Shown: piece by piece, positions 1 to 9,628 of the stretch | Layout of the letters: each line of letters opens with the position of its first letter | Numbering within the stretch: the stretch's first letter is position 1 | Assembly (NCBI GenBank): GCA_030431555.1 | Contig: JAUIIP010000001.1 | Coordinates: forward strand, 2,062-66,061 | DNA from: a bacterium | GTDB lineage: Bacteria > Bdellovibrionota_C > UBA2361 > SZUA-149 > JAGRAN01 | DNA: 64,000 nucleotides | Direction: 5' to 3' | Translations under genes and position numbers: made by a program | The notes under the pieces: generated by a model | Databases searched by the model: none | The model's input: the letters and a program-made list of their open reading frames with translations, nothing else | Told to the model about the DNA's origin: nothing

Positions 1-2
1 GT

Positions 3-1421
3 GAGTCGGTCCGACTAGGTTTACTCTTTGCTGCCTTTACATTCCTGCTCACCCTGTTGAGCCTTATGCAGTATATCCCGCAGTTGGATTTGCAGATTGA
101 CCAGGAAGTGGCGGCGGCTACTCTAGGAATGTGCTCTGCGCATTTTCAGCGAACTCCTCCCAACTTAGCGGTTACCATTTTCACCTTATCAACTGCTTTT
201 GTGCTCTGGCCAACAACGCTGAGACACCCTGACCGTTTGTTCCTCGCAGCTTTCATAACTTTAATCGGCATGTCGATAGCTGTGATAACGCTTTATGGGC
301 ACGTAATCGATGCGGAGACAGCCTTCGGCTGGGGGCAGTATACCAGCGCATCTCCCCATTCCGCCTCTCTTTCACTGCTGGTAGGACTCGGATTTCTTTT
401 TCTAGTTTGGGAAGAGGTCGCGATCGATCAGGCACGCTTCAAACGCCTGTGGCGTTCGCTGATGCTTTTCTCCGTATCCTGGGTGCTCCTGATGTCACTG
501 CTGTCAGCGGCGATTGGCATCTGGCCGCTTGCTGAGCGCTTGTCCGAGATTCAACTCGGCACGGCATCTGTGACTTACGCGCTGAGCAGCCATATCTCTC
601 AAGTTGTGATAGCATCCACACTGATTGCGCTGTTCGGTTCGTCCGTACTGTTTTTGTTTTTGAGAATTTTCTACAAGCATTTTCTTAGGCTGCAGGGAAT
701 GATCGTGTCCTCAGCGAGCAAGCTTAGCGCAGAACTTGAGGCACGCACCAAATCGGAAATGCGGTTGGCCGCAGCTCTGTTGGAAAAGGAGACCCTGATC
801 CAAGAAGTCCACCACCGCGTAAACAATAACCTACAGGTTATTGCAAGTATGGTGAGGATGCAGTTAAGACGAACGCCTTCCGAGGCGACAAAGGATCAGT
901 TATCCGACACATATCGTCGGGTCCAATCTCTTTCACTTCTGCACCAGCTTATTTACCGATCTGACCGCTTGAGCGAGATCTCAGCTCAGGACTATTTTAA
1001 GGAAATCGGGGAAAGCGTTGTTGCAATTGATGAGTCAGGCCGGAATTTTCCAATATCCGTCAGCGCAGAAGATTTGTATCTATCACCTGATCAGGCCCTT
1101 CCGTGTGGGCTGATTGTTAGTGAGCTAATCGCCAATTCTGTACAACACGGCTTCCCTCAAGACGGAAACGGAAATGGGAACGTCACTTCAAAGCCTACGA
1201 TCTACGTCAAGGCAGATGTAAATGGAGAAAGCATAAGTTTGGTTGTAGGTGACAACGGTGTAGGATTCGAAACACCGGTTAGTCAGGAGAACCCTAGGAC
1301 GCTTGGTATGCGCCTTGTCAATATGATGGCGGCGCAGCTAGATGGAAGCATTAGCTGGGAAGGAAGCGGCGGCACCGTTTGCAAGATTTCATTTAACAGG
1401 GAGCATTCAGCAGATGAATAA
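3..1421 (+). CDS. Membrane-bound sensor histidine kinase, HisKA_2/HWE-like type (5'-truncated by window edge)
   Basis: Frame is open from base 3; multiple TM segments, then EKETLIQEVHHRVNNNLQVIASM H-box, ELIANSVQHG N-box, DNGVG and LGMRLV G-boxes. Confidence 0.92.
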   Translation, partial: ESVRLGLLFAAFTFLLTLLSLMQYIPQLDLQIDQEVAAATLGMCSAHFQRTPPNLAVTIFTLSTAFVLWPTTLRHPDRLFLAAFITLIGMSIAVITLYGHVIDAETAFGWGQYTSASPHSASLSLLVGLGFLFLVWEEVAIDQARFKRLWRSLMLFSVSWVLLMSLLSAAIGIWPLAERLSEIQLGTASVTYALSSHISQVVIASTLIALFGSSVLFLFLRIFYKHFLRLQGMIVSSASKLSAELEARTKSEMRLAAALLEKETLIQEVHHRVNNNLQVIASMVRMQLRRTPSEATKDQLSDTYRRVQSLSLLHQLIYRSDRLSEISAQDYFKEIGESVVAIDESGRNFPISVSAEDLYLSPDQALPCGLIVSELIANSVQHGFPQDGNGNGNVTSKPTIYVKADVNGESISLVVGDNGVGFETPVSQENPRTLGMRLVNMMAAQLDGSISWEGSGGTVCKISFNREHSADE

Positions 1422-2550
1422 AACAAATTCAGTTCGTATTCTGATAGTGGAAGACGAGGCCGTGATCGCCGCAGACATCCAAGAGCTTCTTCAAGAGATG
1501 GGATACTCTACTTTGGGCCCGTGCGCCTCAGCGGAGGCAGCACTCGATCTACTGAAAAGCGAAACCCCATCGCTGGTCATGATGGATATACGCCTAAAAG
1601 GGGAAATGGACGGCATCGAAGCAGCCGAGATAATACGGGATGAACATTCTATCCCGTTAATATTTGTAACAGCGCACGCAGATGAGGCCACACTAGAGCG
1701 AGCCAAGGTTACAGAGCCTTACGGTTATGTCCTAAAACCCTTTAAAGAGCTCGAACTGCGTGCGGCTGTGGAGTTAGCCCTGCACAGAGCAGGGCCGTCA
1801 TCCAGAGGTAAAGCCGCCGCAGAGGGCCCGGATGCTGATGATGGCGCTGCATCTGCCGAAACTGACCCTAGGGCCGTGAAAGCACTGGAAGCCCTAGAGT
1901 TTTTTGCGGACGCTCCGAAAAAGGATATTGCGCGAATAGCGGCGGGTAGTCGAATCGTAGAGCTGTCGCAAGGCAGCTTTCTAAACTCGGAGGGCGACGA
2001 AGCAAACAGCGGGTTCCTAGTCCTAGAAGGCAGGATCGCGATGGTCAAAAGCTCGGTCAGCGGAAAAGAGCTAATCGTCGAATTGCTCGCACCCGGCGAC
2101 CCGTTTGGACTTATGCTGGCCATCAGTCCCGAACCATACGCCGCGGCGGTAAAAGCACAGACAAAGACGACCATCTTGAGAATAAGCAAGCACAAAATTC
2201 TACGTTTTTTGGATGCACATCCGGAGATCAGTAGAGCGTTTCTCGAGCAAGTCTTTCAGCGGCTTAGAAACTCTCACGACATCTCACGCGCGCTGGCCCA
2301 TGACCGTGTCGAAGTTCGAATCGCTGCTTCGCTACTGTCGCTTGCACCTAAGTTCGCGAGAAACAACGGCAGTGCACCAGAGATTCCGATGACTCGCCAG
2401 GAAATAGCGGATCTCGTGGGCTCTACTCCTGAAACCGTTATCCGCGTTACCAAGGACATGGAAAGAGAGGGAATTCTTAATTTAGAACAGAGCGGCAGAA
2501 TTCAGCTTGTAGATGTTGAACGCCTAAGCTCCATTGCAGAGGACATGTAA
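1414..2550 (+). CDS. Response regulator receiver domain fused to Crp/Fnr cNMP-binding and HTH domains
   Basis: ILIVEDE...MMDIRL...KPF receiver; ELIVELLAPGDPFG cNMP-type barrel; MTRQEIADLVGSTPETVIR Crp HTH; ATG at 1414 overlaps the kinase 3' end, with GGGAG upstream. Confidence 0.9.
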   Translation: MNKTNSVRILIVEDEAVIAADIQELLQEMGYSTLGPCASAEAALDLLKSETPSLVMMDIRLKGEMDGIEAAEIIRDEHSIPLIFVTAHADEATLERAKVTEPYGYVLKPFKELELRAAVELALHRAGPSSRGKAAAEGPDADDGAASAETDPRAVKALEALEFFADAPKKDIARIAAGSRIVELSQGSFLNSEGDEANSGFLVLEGRIAMVKSSVSGKELIVELLAPGDPFGLMLAISPEPYAAAVKAQTKTTILRISKHKILRFLDAHPEISRAFLEQVFQRLRNSHDISRALAHDRVEVRIAASLLSLAPKFARNNGSAPEIPMTRQEIADLVGSTPETVIRVTKDMEREGILNLEQSGRIQLVDVERLSSIAEDM

Positions 2551-3732
2551 GTGAAACTAGCTTCACCAGTCTCAAGTATGTGTGCAGTCCTACGGCACTC
2601 GACATTGATTTGCCTGCTTTGCTGCAGCGCGTTCGCTGAAAGCGGCAAGACCAACATCGAGAAGGAGATGAGAGATATAAATACGGTCTATTTAGACCTT
2701 CGGCCTATTCTCCTTTCGCCAAATGCACTGGCTGACCCCAAAGTTAAAGAACGCGTTGAGCGAGATGTCCGGCGAATTGCTAATGAGTTCCATGCGGTTC
2801 GAAAGCAGGATAAACGATGGGACAATGACCCGGGATACCAGGCCAGCTTAAAGCTCATGCGAGACACGCTTCGCGATGTAGCCGGCCGGATAAGAGGCGG
2901 CCATACAGAGTACGTGCGCTGGCGTCTGTTGTCGCTGGAATCGCACTGCATCAGCTGTCATACGCGGTTTGAGCTAGTCGACCCTTTTCCACAAAACTAC
3001 AGCTTACCGGAGGGAATGAGCCGATTCGAAAAGGCAACAGCTTTGCTGGCGATGGGGGCGTACGCTCGAGCGGAGAAAGCACTAGTTGACGCAAGCCTCG
3101 TTCCGACGGATGACCAAACACCGATTGAGTCAATGCGTGCGCTGCTGACGCTGTATGTGCGGGTGCTAAAGGACCCGGTAAAAGCAATTGCGACTTTCAA
3201 AGATATCGAATCAAAACTAAAGCTTTCACACGATCAGTCTGTAGAGATGCACTCTTGGATCTCAAGTCTGGAGAAATGGAAGCCGTCTAGTGCCAAACTA
3301 GACACCAAGTCTGCGCAGGAACGCTTAGAGACCGCCCGCCATCTATTGAAGCAGGCGGGCATCTACATGCCACTTAGATCACGTTCCACTCCGGTTGATC
3401 AATACAGTAATCACGCAGTAGAACTCTTAAGAGCAACCTCTATCCTGCACGAGGTTTTGACTAAAGAAAAACTGCCCCCCGCAGAAGCGCAGGAAGCGGA
3501 TTTTATGCTTCCATTAGCATACGATTCCCTCGATCAGTTTTTTCCTTGGGAGTATACTCAGTATTTGTATGAAAAGTGCATCCGCAGGCACCCGAAAGGC
3601 ACATATGCGGAGAAATGTTTCAATCGCTGGAACGACCTATTAACGCTCCGGTCATCGGGAAGTTCCGGGGTCATGTTATCAGAGGCGGACAAGAGAAAAG
3701 CAGCGAAACTTAAAAAACTGGCGGGGATCTAA
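2551..3732 (+). CDS. Exported c-type cytochrome (single CxxCH) with helical/TPR-like C-terminus
   Basis: Signal-peptide-like N-terminus; CISCH at the end of a helical region; starts immediately after the regulator stop. Confidence 0.65.
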   Translation: MKLASPVSSMCAVLRHSTLICLLCCSAFAESGKTNIEKEMRDINTVYLDLRPILLSPNALADPKVKERVERDVRRIANEFHAVRKQDKRWDNDPGYQASLKLMRDTLRDVAGRIRGGHTEYVRWRLLSLESHCISCHTRFELVDPFPQNYSLPEGMSRFEKATALLAMGAYARAEKALVDASLVPTDDQTPIESMRALLTLYVRVLKDPVKAIATFKDIESKLKLSHDQSVEMHSWISSLEKWKPSSAKLDTKSAQERLETARHLLKQAGIYMPLRSRSTPVDQYSNHAVELLRATSILHEVLTKEKLPPAEAQEADFMLPLAYDSLDQFFPWEYTQYLYEKCIRRHPKGTYAEKCFNRWNDLLTLRSSGSSGVMLSEADKRKAAKLKKLAGI

Positions 3733-3735
3733 AAT

Positions 3736-3760
3736 ACCGGCAGCCCAGAAGGCTGCCGGT
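3736..3760. terminator. Hairpin between convergent genes (likely terminator)
   Basis: accggcagcc-cagaa-ggctgccggt, perfect 10-bp stem. Confidence 0.65.
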
Positions 3761-3784
3761 GCGCAGTGGCAGAAGAACGCACGC

Positions 3785-3988
3785 TTAGTGCTTGCAGGTA
3801 GTACAAAAGCTGTCGATTTCTTTCTCCGCTCGGTCCTTGGCATAGCCGTAGCGCTCCTGGAGTTTACCAGCCAGCACTTCACGCTTGCCGTCGATTTGGT
3901 CCAGTTCGTCGTCAGTGAGCTTGCCCCACTTATCTTGAACTTTTCCTTTAAACTGCTTCCAATTTCCTTCGACTTGTTCCCAGTTCAT
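3785..3988 (-). CDS. csbD: CsbD/YjbJ family general stress protein
   Basis: MNWEQVEGNWKQFKGKVQDKWGKLTDDELDQIDGKRE signature; AAGGAG SD. Confidence 0.95.
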   Translation of the reverse strand: MNWEQVEGNWKQFKGKVQDKWGKLTDDELDQIDGKREVLAGKLQERYGYAKDRAEKEIDSFCTTCKH

Positions 3989-4091
3989 TTGGTCTCTCCT
4001 TAATTTGAGCGCGCGGCTCGTTCATTAACAGAATACTACTCATATCTCACACCGCTCACCTGGCCCTCCATGACGCCGGTCATAAGCAGGG

Positions 4092-4853
4092 TCACGGTTG
4101 CTCATCGGTAGAGGTCTCCACCTCAACATACAGCGGTAAGTGATCAGACAGCGAACGCCAAGCTTTGTCATCCAACACTTCTGCATTAACAACTTTAACA
4201 CCGCGACCATAAATGCGATCGATGCTCAGAATGGGCCAAAAGGAAGGAAAGGTTTTGGGTCGTCTGCGATGTAGGCAGTAATAAAATTCTTCAGCCTGGA
4301 GCGTTGAGCTCAGTAGCGGTCCGCCAACGCATAACCAGTCATTAAAATCCCCAGCTAAAATAAATGGCGCTCGGCTATCAACTAGGCGTGAAATTTTCTT
4401 CGATATTTGACGGAACTGCTTTCGTCTTTCCCAAATGGAGAGCCCTAAATGTGTACAGAAGCAGTCCAAGTGCCGCTCCCGAGAGGTTAACTCTATTTTC
4501 GCGTGGAGCAACCCGCGTTTCTCCAGCGCATGACTGGTGGATATATCGATATTACGTTGCTGAGCTATGGGATGCTTGCTTATCAAGGCGTTCCCGTGGT
4601 GCCCTGAATCGTAAACGGCGTTGCGCCCGTAGGAATAATGAGGCCACAATTCATCAGCAAGAAACTCGAGCTGTGCCTCGACAGTTTGCGAACCACCGTC
4701 CCTTGACTCTCGCACGTCGGAGCCAACCACTTCCTGCAAGAAAACTAGGTCAGCATCCACGTGGCGGATTCGTTCGCGCAGTCTCTCCAGTATAAGCTCG
4801 TTGCTGCGCAAACGTTTCCCCTTGTGAATATTGTAAGTCAGCATTTTGAGCAT
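4092..4853 (-). CDS. Endonuclease/exonuclease/phosphatase family protein (YbhP-like)
   Basis: TYNIHKG, LQEV, GDFN, IDRIY and SDHLP motifs. Confidence 0.92.
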   Translation of the reverse strand: MLKMLTYNIHKGKRLRSNELILERLRERIRHVDADLVFLQEVVGSDVRESRDGGSQTVEAQLEFLADELWPHYSYGRNAVYDSGHHGNALISKHPIAQQRNIDISTSHALEKRGLLHAKIELTSRERHLDCFCTHLGLSIWERRKQFRQISKKISRLVDSRAPFILAGDFNDWLCVGGPLLSSTLQAEEFYYCLHRRRPKTFPSFWPILSIDRIYGRGVKVVNAEVLDDKAWRSLSDHLPLYVEVETSTDEQP

Positions 4854-4938
4854 GATTTTACGGTAGATCGCATCAGTTGGGCCGGCGTATGAGCAGTGTC
4901 ATGCTCCGTGCGCCTAACCTCATTTAAACTGGACAAGC

Positions 4939-5445
4939 ATGAGCACCACCCCCGCAGCATTTTCCGGTGAAACGCAGATAGCGGATCGAAACGATCGCAA
5001 TTCCGCACTTCGGCGCTTTGCGGTATTGCTCGACAGTCAGTTTACCATCCCCGGGACAAAGTTCAGTCTCGGACTGGACTCAATAATCGGCCTCGTCCCT
5101 GTTGCCGGCGACGCTGTAGGTGCACTTATATCAGCCGGAATTTTGATTCACGCTGCCCGCAACGGAGCACGCAAGCGCACTCTCGTAAGAATGGCAAAGA
5201 ACATACTAGTCGACGGCGCCGTTGGAGCAGTTCCGCTTTTAGGAGACTTTTTTGACATGCGCTGGAAGGCAAATGTGCGCAATATTGACCTGCTAACGCA
5301 GGACCTACAAACTCAGAACATGCCCGTGGGCAGGAGCCCGCGCCAAGTTGCTGGACTATTTATAACTGCGCTGCTCTGCACCCTATTTTTAGCACTTGGC
5401 CTCTTTCTCTGGCTGCTGATGCAGGCTCTGAAGGCAATTTTCTGA
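4939..5445 (+). CDS. DUF4112 family membrane protein
   Basis: LLDSQFTIPGT...GLDSIIGLVPVAGD...GAVPLLGDFFD..WKAN.RN. Confidence 0.9.
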   Translation: MSTTPAAFSGETQIADRNDRNSALRRFAVLLDSQFTIPGTKFSLGLDSIIGLVPVAGDAVGALISAGILIHAARNGARKRTLVRMAKNILVDGAVGAVPLLGDFFDMRWKANVRNIDLLTQDLQTQNMPVGRSPRQVAGLFITALLCTLFLALGLFLWLLMQALKAIF

Positions 5446-5540
5446 GGTGAATAACTCAAAGTTGCTGCGGCAGCAGGCAGTCCCGATCCCTCCTCTTAGA
5501 TTGAACAGGCAACTACCTGCTGCCAAGTGCATAGAAGAAT

Positions 5541-6095
5541 CTATAGCTCTTCCTCGATAGAATCCTCGGCTGAATCAGCTTCCTCGTCAATTGAATCCTC
5601 AGCGGAATCCGCTTCCTCATCAATCGAGTCCTCTGCGGAGTCCGCCTCGTCTTCCACTTCTTCGCCTATTTCATTTATTTCATCAGCGATTGTGTCGAAG
5701 TCATTCTCACGCACACTAGCAACAAACAGCGTACCGTCGTCTTGGATTATAAAATCTACTATGACTTCATCAGACTTATCGTCCAAGCCGGAGATCTCTG
5801 TTGCAGCTTCCGCTCCCGCATAAGCGACAGTAAAGACGACTGTTCCACCTTGGTATGTGTCGTCACCGACGTTAAAGTTCCAGTTTCCGTTTATGTCGGT
5901 AAAGCTACACTGGCTGAGAGCGCAAACCTGTGCGTCAGCCACAGCCACTTTCGGCCCAAAGAACGCACTTTGATCTCCGACAGTCTGAACGGTGCCTTTA
6001 AATTCAACATCATCGTCCGACGAGCCGCCGCAAGCGACTAAGCCCAAAGCGCCGACAATAAATACCGCTTTAAAAAATTTGTTGTCACGAAACAT
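5541..6095 (-). CDS. Lipoprotein with acidic C-terminal tandem repeats
   Basis: Lipobox LVAC; beta-rich core; three (D/E)EADSAEDSI(D/E) units; GAGG SD. Confidence 0.8.
   Translation of the reverse strand: MFRDNKFFKAVFIVGALGLVACGGSSDDDVEFKGTVQTVGDQSAFFGPKVAVADAQVCALSQCSFTDINGNWNFNVGDDTYQGGTVVFTVAYAGAEAATEISGLDDKSDEVIVDFIIQDDGTLFVASVRENDFDTIADEINEIGEEVEDEADSAEDSIDEEADSAEDSIDEEADSAEDSIEEEL
5553..5651 (-). repeat. 3 x 33-bp in-frame tandem repeat
   Basis: Encodes DEADSAEDSID-EEADSAEDSID-EEADSAEDSIE; units differ largely at synonymous positions. Confidence 0.9.
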
Positions 6096-6132
6096 TTTTC
6101 GATCGTCCTCGTTTAGCTATACAAGTAATCAA

Positions 6133-6411
6133 TTAACTGTCATCGTCATCAGTCTTGTCGATTTCATTCCCGATAACACCGCCTGCGACTGCTCCCGCGG
6201 CACCCCCAATTACGGCCCCCGCACCCGTATTGCCGGACTGACTCCCTGCTAAAGCACCAAGTGCCGCACCTCCGGCTCCGCCGGCAACCGCTCCTCGTTC
6301 CGTTCTATTCCAGTCTTCCGGCTTCTTAATGCTGCCGTCGGAACATGCAGCAGCTAACAGCAGCGCCAGCAACAGTGGTGTGACGTGAATGTATCGCTTA
6401 GAAATGAACAT
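6133..6411 (-). CDS. Glycine-zipper lipoprotein
   Basis: Lipobox AAAC; GAVAGGAGGAALGALAG...GAVIGGAAGAVAGGVIG; GGAGG SD. Confidence 0.88.
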   Translation of the reverse strand: MFISKRYIHVTPLLLALLLAAACSDGSIKKPEDWNRTERGAVAGGAGGAALGALAGSQSGNTGAGAVIGGAAGAVAGGVIGNEIDKTDDDDS

Positions 6412-6623
6412 CGTCTTACCCTCCCGTGCAGTTCGTTAATCGAGTCTTAAAGGCATCGATTCGGCTTGCACTAGTTTGTCAATTTTCATTCATGCTTGAG
6501 GAACGTAGATTAACCAGCGGAACTCTCCGTTTACATGATAGCAATCATACTTCCCCCCTGGTCGGGCCGTGTAAGCTCCCAATAAGAATAATATGTTGGC
6601 ACTTTTTTAGTGTGGAGGAATCA

Positions 6624-7127
6624 ATGAACCTGGACAGTCTGAAAAAACTATACATTCACGAACTAAAAGATCTTTACAGCGTAGAGAAGCAAATTTGCGA
6701 CTCGCTTCCTAAAATGATCGACAACGCTACCGATGCTTCTTTGAAAAAAGCCCTGAGCAACCACCTCAAGGAAACTGAAAATCAGCGGAAACGCATTGAG
6801 AAGATCATGGAAAACCACAAGTTCTCCCCGGGCGGTCATAAGTGCAAAGGCATCGAAGGAATCATAAAAGAAGCTGAAGAGGTCCTCGACGAAGTAGAAG
6901 GCGAGGAAGCCAAAGATGCTGCTATTATTTCCATGTGCCAACGCGTTGAGCACTACGAAATGGCGGGCTACGGCACAGCGCGAGCATTTGCTGAGCAGCT
7001 TTCACTGTATGACGAAGCTGACGAACTAATCAAAAGCTTAAATGAAGAGTCAGCAGCTGATCACAAACTGGCCACCCTGGCGTGGCGGAAGGTTAATGCC
7101 CTAGCCCAGGACGCTATGCGTAACTAG
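6624..7127 (+). CDS. yciF: YciE/YciF (DUF892) ferritin-like stress protein
   Basis: ELKDLYSVEKQ, HLKET, QRVEHYEMAGYG, LNEE motifs; GGAGG SD before ATG 6624. Confidence 0.92.
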   Translation: MNLDSLKKLYIHELKDLYSVEKQICDSLPKMIDNATDASLKKALSNHLKETENQRKRIEKIMENHKFSPGGHKCKGIEGIIKEAEEVLDEVEGEEAKDAAIISMCQRVEHYEMAGYGTARAFAEQLSLYDEADELIKSLNEESAADHKLATLAWRKVNALAQDAMRN

Positions 7128-7141
7128 GCGGAGTGTGATCA

Positions 7142-7183
7142 TTTAGTGCCGGCGAGCCACCTAGCTTCCTCGCCGGCACTAAA
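7142..7183. terminator. Hairpin downstream of yciF
   Basis: tttagtgccggcgag / ctcgccggcactaaa, 15-bp inverted repeat between convergent genes. Confidence 0.7.
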
Positions 7184-7268
7184 ATTTAGACTCCGAAGCA
7201 GGCAATCTCACCAATAAGCACCAGCTGACGTTAGCCGAAGATCACGCTGTTAATTCTGGAAACTGAAA

Positions 7269-7670
7269 CTAATATAATTTCTGAAGTGCGAAGAATACCG
7301 TAACTTCCTTGGATTCAATCTCGGAAAGCCAGGAGAGATCGTCGTCCTCGAAGGGCCCTTGAATCAAAACTACATTTCCGTGCGCCTGATCCATCAGGCC
7401 AATGAAACAATCCTCACGGCCAGGTTCAAATTCCGCCTCAGCCACCATATCGTCCGGGCTAACCAGCAGTGACAAAGTGTCTATCTCTTCGGACAATCGT
7501 CCTCTTTCCGGCTCTGCAACAAAGTCACCACTACTAACCGCCTTGTTCACCAGATGATCGGGGATATGCTCGGTCCACTGCACTGTAAGATGTGAATTAG
7601 CCGGCAAACGGGTCCATTTGCGTGAGCCTAGGCGCTCGTATTGATCATGGGTAGCTGGTGGAATTCTCAT
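7269..7670 (-). CDS. Hypothetical acidic protein
   Basis: 133-aa ORF filling the gap between yciF and mscS; no motif recognised. Confidence 0.55.
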   Translation of the reverse strand: MRIPPATHDQYERLGSRKWTRLPANSHLTVQWTEHIPDHLVNKAVSSGDFVAEPERGRLSEEIDTLSLLVSPDDMVAEAEFEPGREDCFIGLMDQAHGNVVLIQGPFEDDDLSWLSEIESKEVTVFFALQKLY

Positions 7671-7814
7671 AATAGCTGAAGCTTACGACAACCGATTAGT
7701 TGGTCCTATGACCAAGATCATTCCCTTAGCCCTTTTCACGACCCATACTTAAACCTGAATAGTTTTATCCGAAACTTCACCGGCAAACAGAGCCTATAGA
7801 CTTAAGTTAGGAGA

Positions 7815-8729
7815 ATGGCCCAAAACGACCCTGCGTCTCTGAGCATCGAAGGCGTCGCTAAGACCCTGCACACGACTCTGCTTGATATGTGGACCAGTTT
7901 TATTGAGCACAGCCCCCTGCTGATCAGCGGAGTGGTAATCATTATCCTCACCTGGCTGATCAACCTTGGTGTCAAAAAGTCCTCCTCACGCATCTTAGCA
8001 AAATTCAATCTGAGGTATTCACTCGAGGTTGTGCTGACCCGTCTTTTGTCAATTGCCGTTTGGGTGAGCGGGCTGCTCATTGCAGCAGTAGTTGTTTTCC
8101 CCGGCCTCACACCCACCAAAGCACTGGGCGGCTTGGGCGTAGTTTCGATGGCGGTCGGCTTCGCATTCAAGGACATTTTTGAGAATTTCTTTGCCGGCTT
8201 GCTGCTACTTTGGAAATTCCCTTTCGAACCGCACGACGTGATCGAATGCGAAGATATTTCCGGGACAGTTGAAGACGTTACCTTGCGCATGACCGAAATT
8301 AGAACACTGGACGGCGAATTGATTGTCGTACCCAACTCCTTTCTATTCAAAAATCCGGTCGAAATTTATACCAACCCGGCTAAACGCCGCATTAGTTTGA
8401 CATGCGGCGTAGCGTACGAAGCGGATGTCGACCAGGCATGCGATGTTATTAGAGAGGCGATTTCTTCGTGCGACTCTGTTGACCAACAAAAGGAAATTCA
8501 TGTCCTCCCCTGCGCCTTTGGACCTAGCAGCATAGACATCGACCTGAAGTGGTGGGCAGCTGCCGAACCGATCAAGCAGCTGCAATCGAAAGGAGAGGTA
8601 ATAAGCTCAGTAAAGGCTGCGCTAGACTCAAACGAAATCTCGATTCCATTTCCACAGCGAAGCCTGCAGTTCAAAGGCCCGCTTCGCTTGGAGCGAGACG
8701 CTGCTGAGTCCACACCGCAGCAGGAGTAG
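7815..8729 (+). CDS. mscS: Small-conductance mechanosensitive channel family protein
   Basis: Three TMs, AVGFAFKDIFENFFAG, GTVEDVTLRMTEIRT.DG..IVVPNS, ISIPFPQR; AGGAG SD. Confidence 0.93.
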   Translation: MAQNDPASLSIEGVAKTLHTTLLDMWTSFIEHSPLLISGVVIIILTWLINLGVKKSSSRILAKFNLRYSLEVVLTRLLSIAVWVSGLLIAAVVVFPGLTPTKALGGLGVVSMAVGFAFKDIFENFFAGLLLLWKFPFEPHDVIECEDISGTVEDVTLRMTEIRTLDGELIVVPNSFLFKNPVEIYTNPAKRRISLTCGVAYEADVDQACDVIREAISSCDSVDQQKEIHVLPCAFGPSSIDIDLKWWAAAEPIKQLQSKGEVISSVKAALDSNEISIPFPQRSLQFKGPLRLERDAAESTPQQE

Positions 8730-8741
8730 TAATCCGAAAAA

Positions 8742-8770
8742 CACCCGCCGCAGCAATGGCGCGACGGGTG
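8742..8770 (-). terminator. Probable intrinsic terminator of the curlin gene
   Basis: cacccg...cgggtg stem followed on the minus strand by a T-run. Confidence 0.5.
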
Positions 8771-8816
8771 AGAGAGTATGGATTTTTTGCTATTAAGTTG
8801 TTGGGTTCAATAAGAT

Positions 8817-9488
8817 CTAATTTGAATATTGACGAAACGTAATCGAGTTTCCTGTTCCATCTTGCTGGAGCTCCATGCTGTTGCCATTCCCGACTTGCTC
8901 GCCTACTACGCTGTTCGAATCTCCGTCTTGACTTACTCGCATGAAGTTCGCTGAACCTTCCTGCGAAAGCTCGGCATGATGAGCATCACCGTGCTGCGTG
9001 AGCGTCATTTCATTAGCATCACCGAGTTGCGAAGTAACTGCTGAATTTCCGACGCCGTATTGACCGACAGACATCGTGTTTGCGTTGCCTGCTTGACTTG
9101 CATCCAAAGTGTTGTCGCCACCCCATTGAATTGCAAGCGCATCGTTATCATTGCCTTCCTGTCGAATTGAAGCGCTGTTGTTGCTGCCGAGCTGAGACAT
9201 TCCAACCCTGTTGTTATCTCCAACTTGGGATATGTCTGCCGTGTTGCTTATTCCCTGTTGCCCCGCGGTAACACTGTTTGAAGAACCGTCCTGAGAAATG
9301 GCGAGACTGTTGTCCGATCCCTCTTGAAGTATTTCTATTTCATTCTGAGTGCCTGACAATTGCTCAATGTATAAATCATTTGGTGCTGACTGCGCCGCTG
9401 CACTAGATGCGCTCAGTAGGACCGCCGCTGCAACTGCGCAGCTGCGATTAAATTCGCGCACAAATTTCACAACATCAATATGCTTCAT
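8817..9488 (-). CDS. Curlin-repeat protein (CsgA/CsgB-like functional amyloid subunit)
   Basis: Signal peptide, then about 16 imperfect 11-aa Q-x-G-x-x-N units (e.g. QVGDNN, QLGSNN, QEGNDN); GGAGG SD before ATG 9488. Confidence 0.88.
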   Translation of the reverse strand: MKHIDVVKFVREFNRSCAVAAAVLLSASSAAAQSAPNDLYIEQLSGTQNEIEILQEGSDNSLAISQDGSSNSVTAGQQGISNTADISQVGDNNRVGMSQLGSNNSASIRQEGNDNDALAIQWGGDNTLDASQAGNANTMSVGQYGVGNSAVTSQLGDANEMTLTQHGDAHHAELSQEGSANFMRVSQDGDSNSVVGEQVGNGNSMELQQDGTGNSITFRQYSN

Positions 9489-9609
9489 AATTACCTCCAA
9501 AAAACCGCCACACATTCAGCCGCGCGTGGCCGTGACCAAGAAAGGGCGAGAGCCGCCCTCGAAACTTCTTATCGCTGTTATAGTGCGGACGTAACACATC
9601 GTGCGTTAA

Positions 9610-9628
9610 AATGTGTGTATCACACATT
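9610..9628. promoter_or_regulatory. Palindromic candidate operator upstream of the curlin gene
   Basis: aatgtgtg-tat-cacacatt, perfect 8-bp arms in an AT-rich intergenic region. Confidence 0.4.

Noticed and set aside
5553..5651. 33-bp repeats as a CRISPR array
   Set aside because: Units are contiguous with no spacers, lie in frame within a CDS, and no cas genes are present
9610..9628. Palindrome as a Crp/Fnr site for the REC-Crp regulator
   Set aside because: Spacing does not fit TGTGA-N6-TCACA or TTGAT-N4-ATCAA; kept only as an unassigned operator candidate
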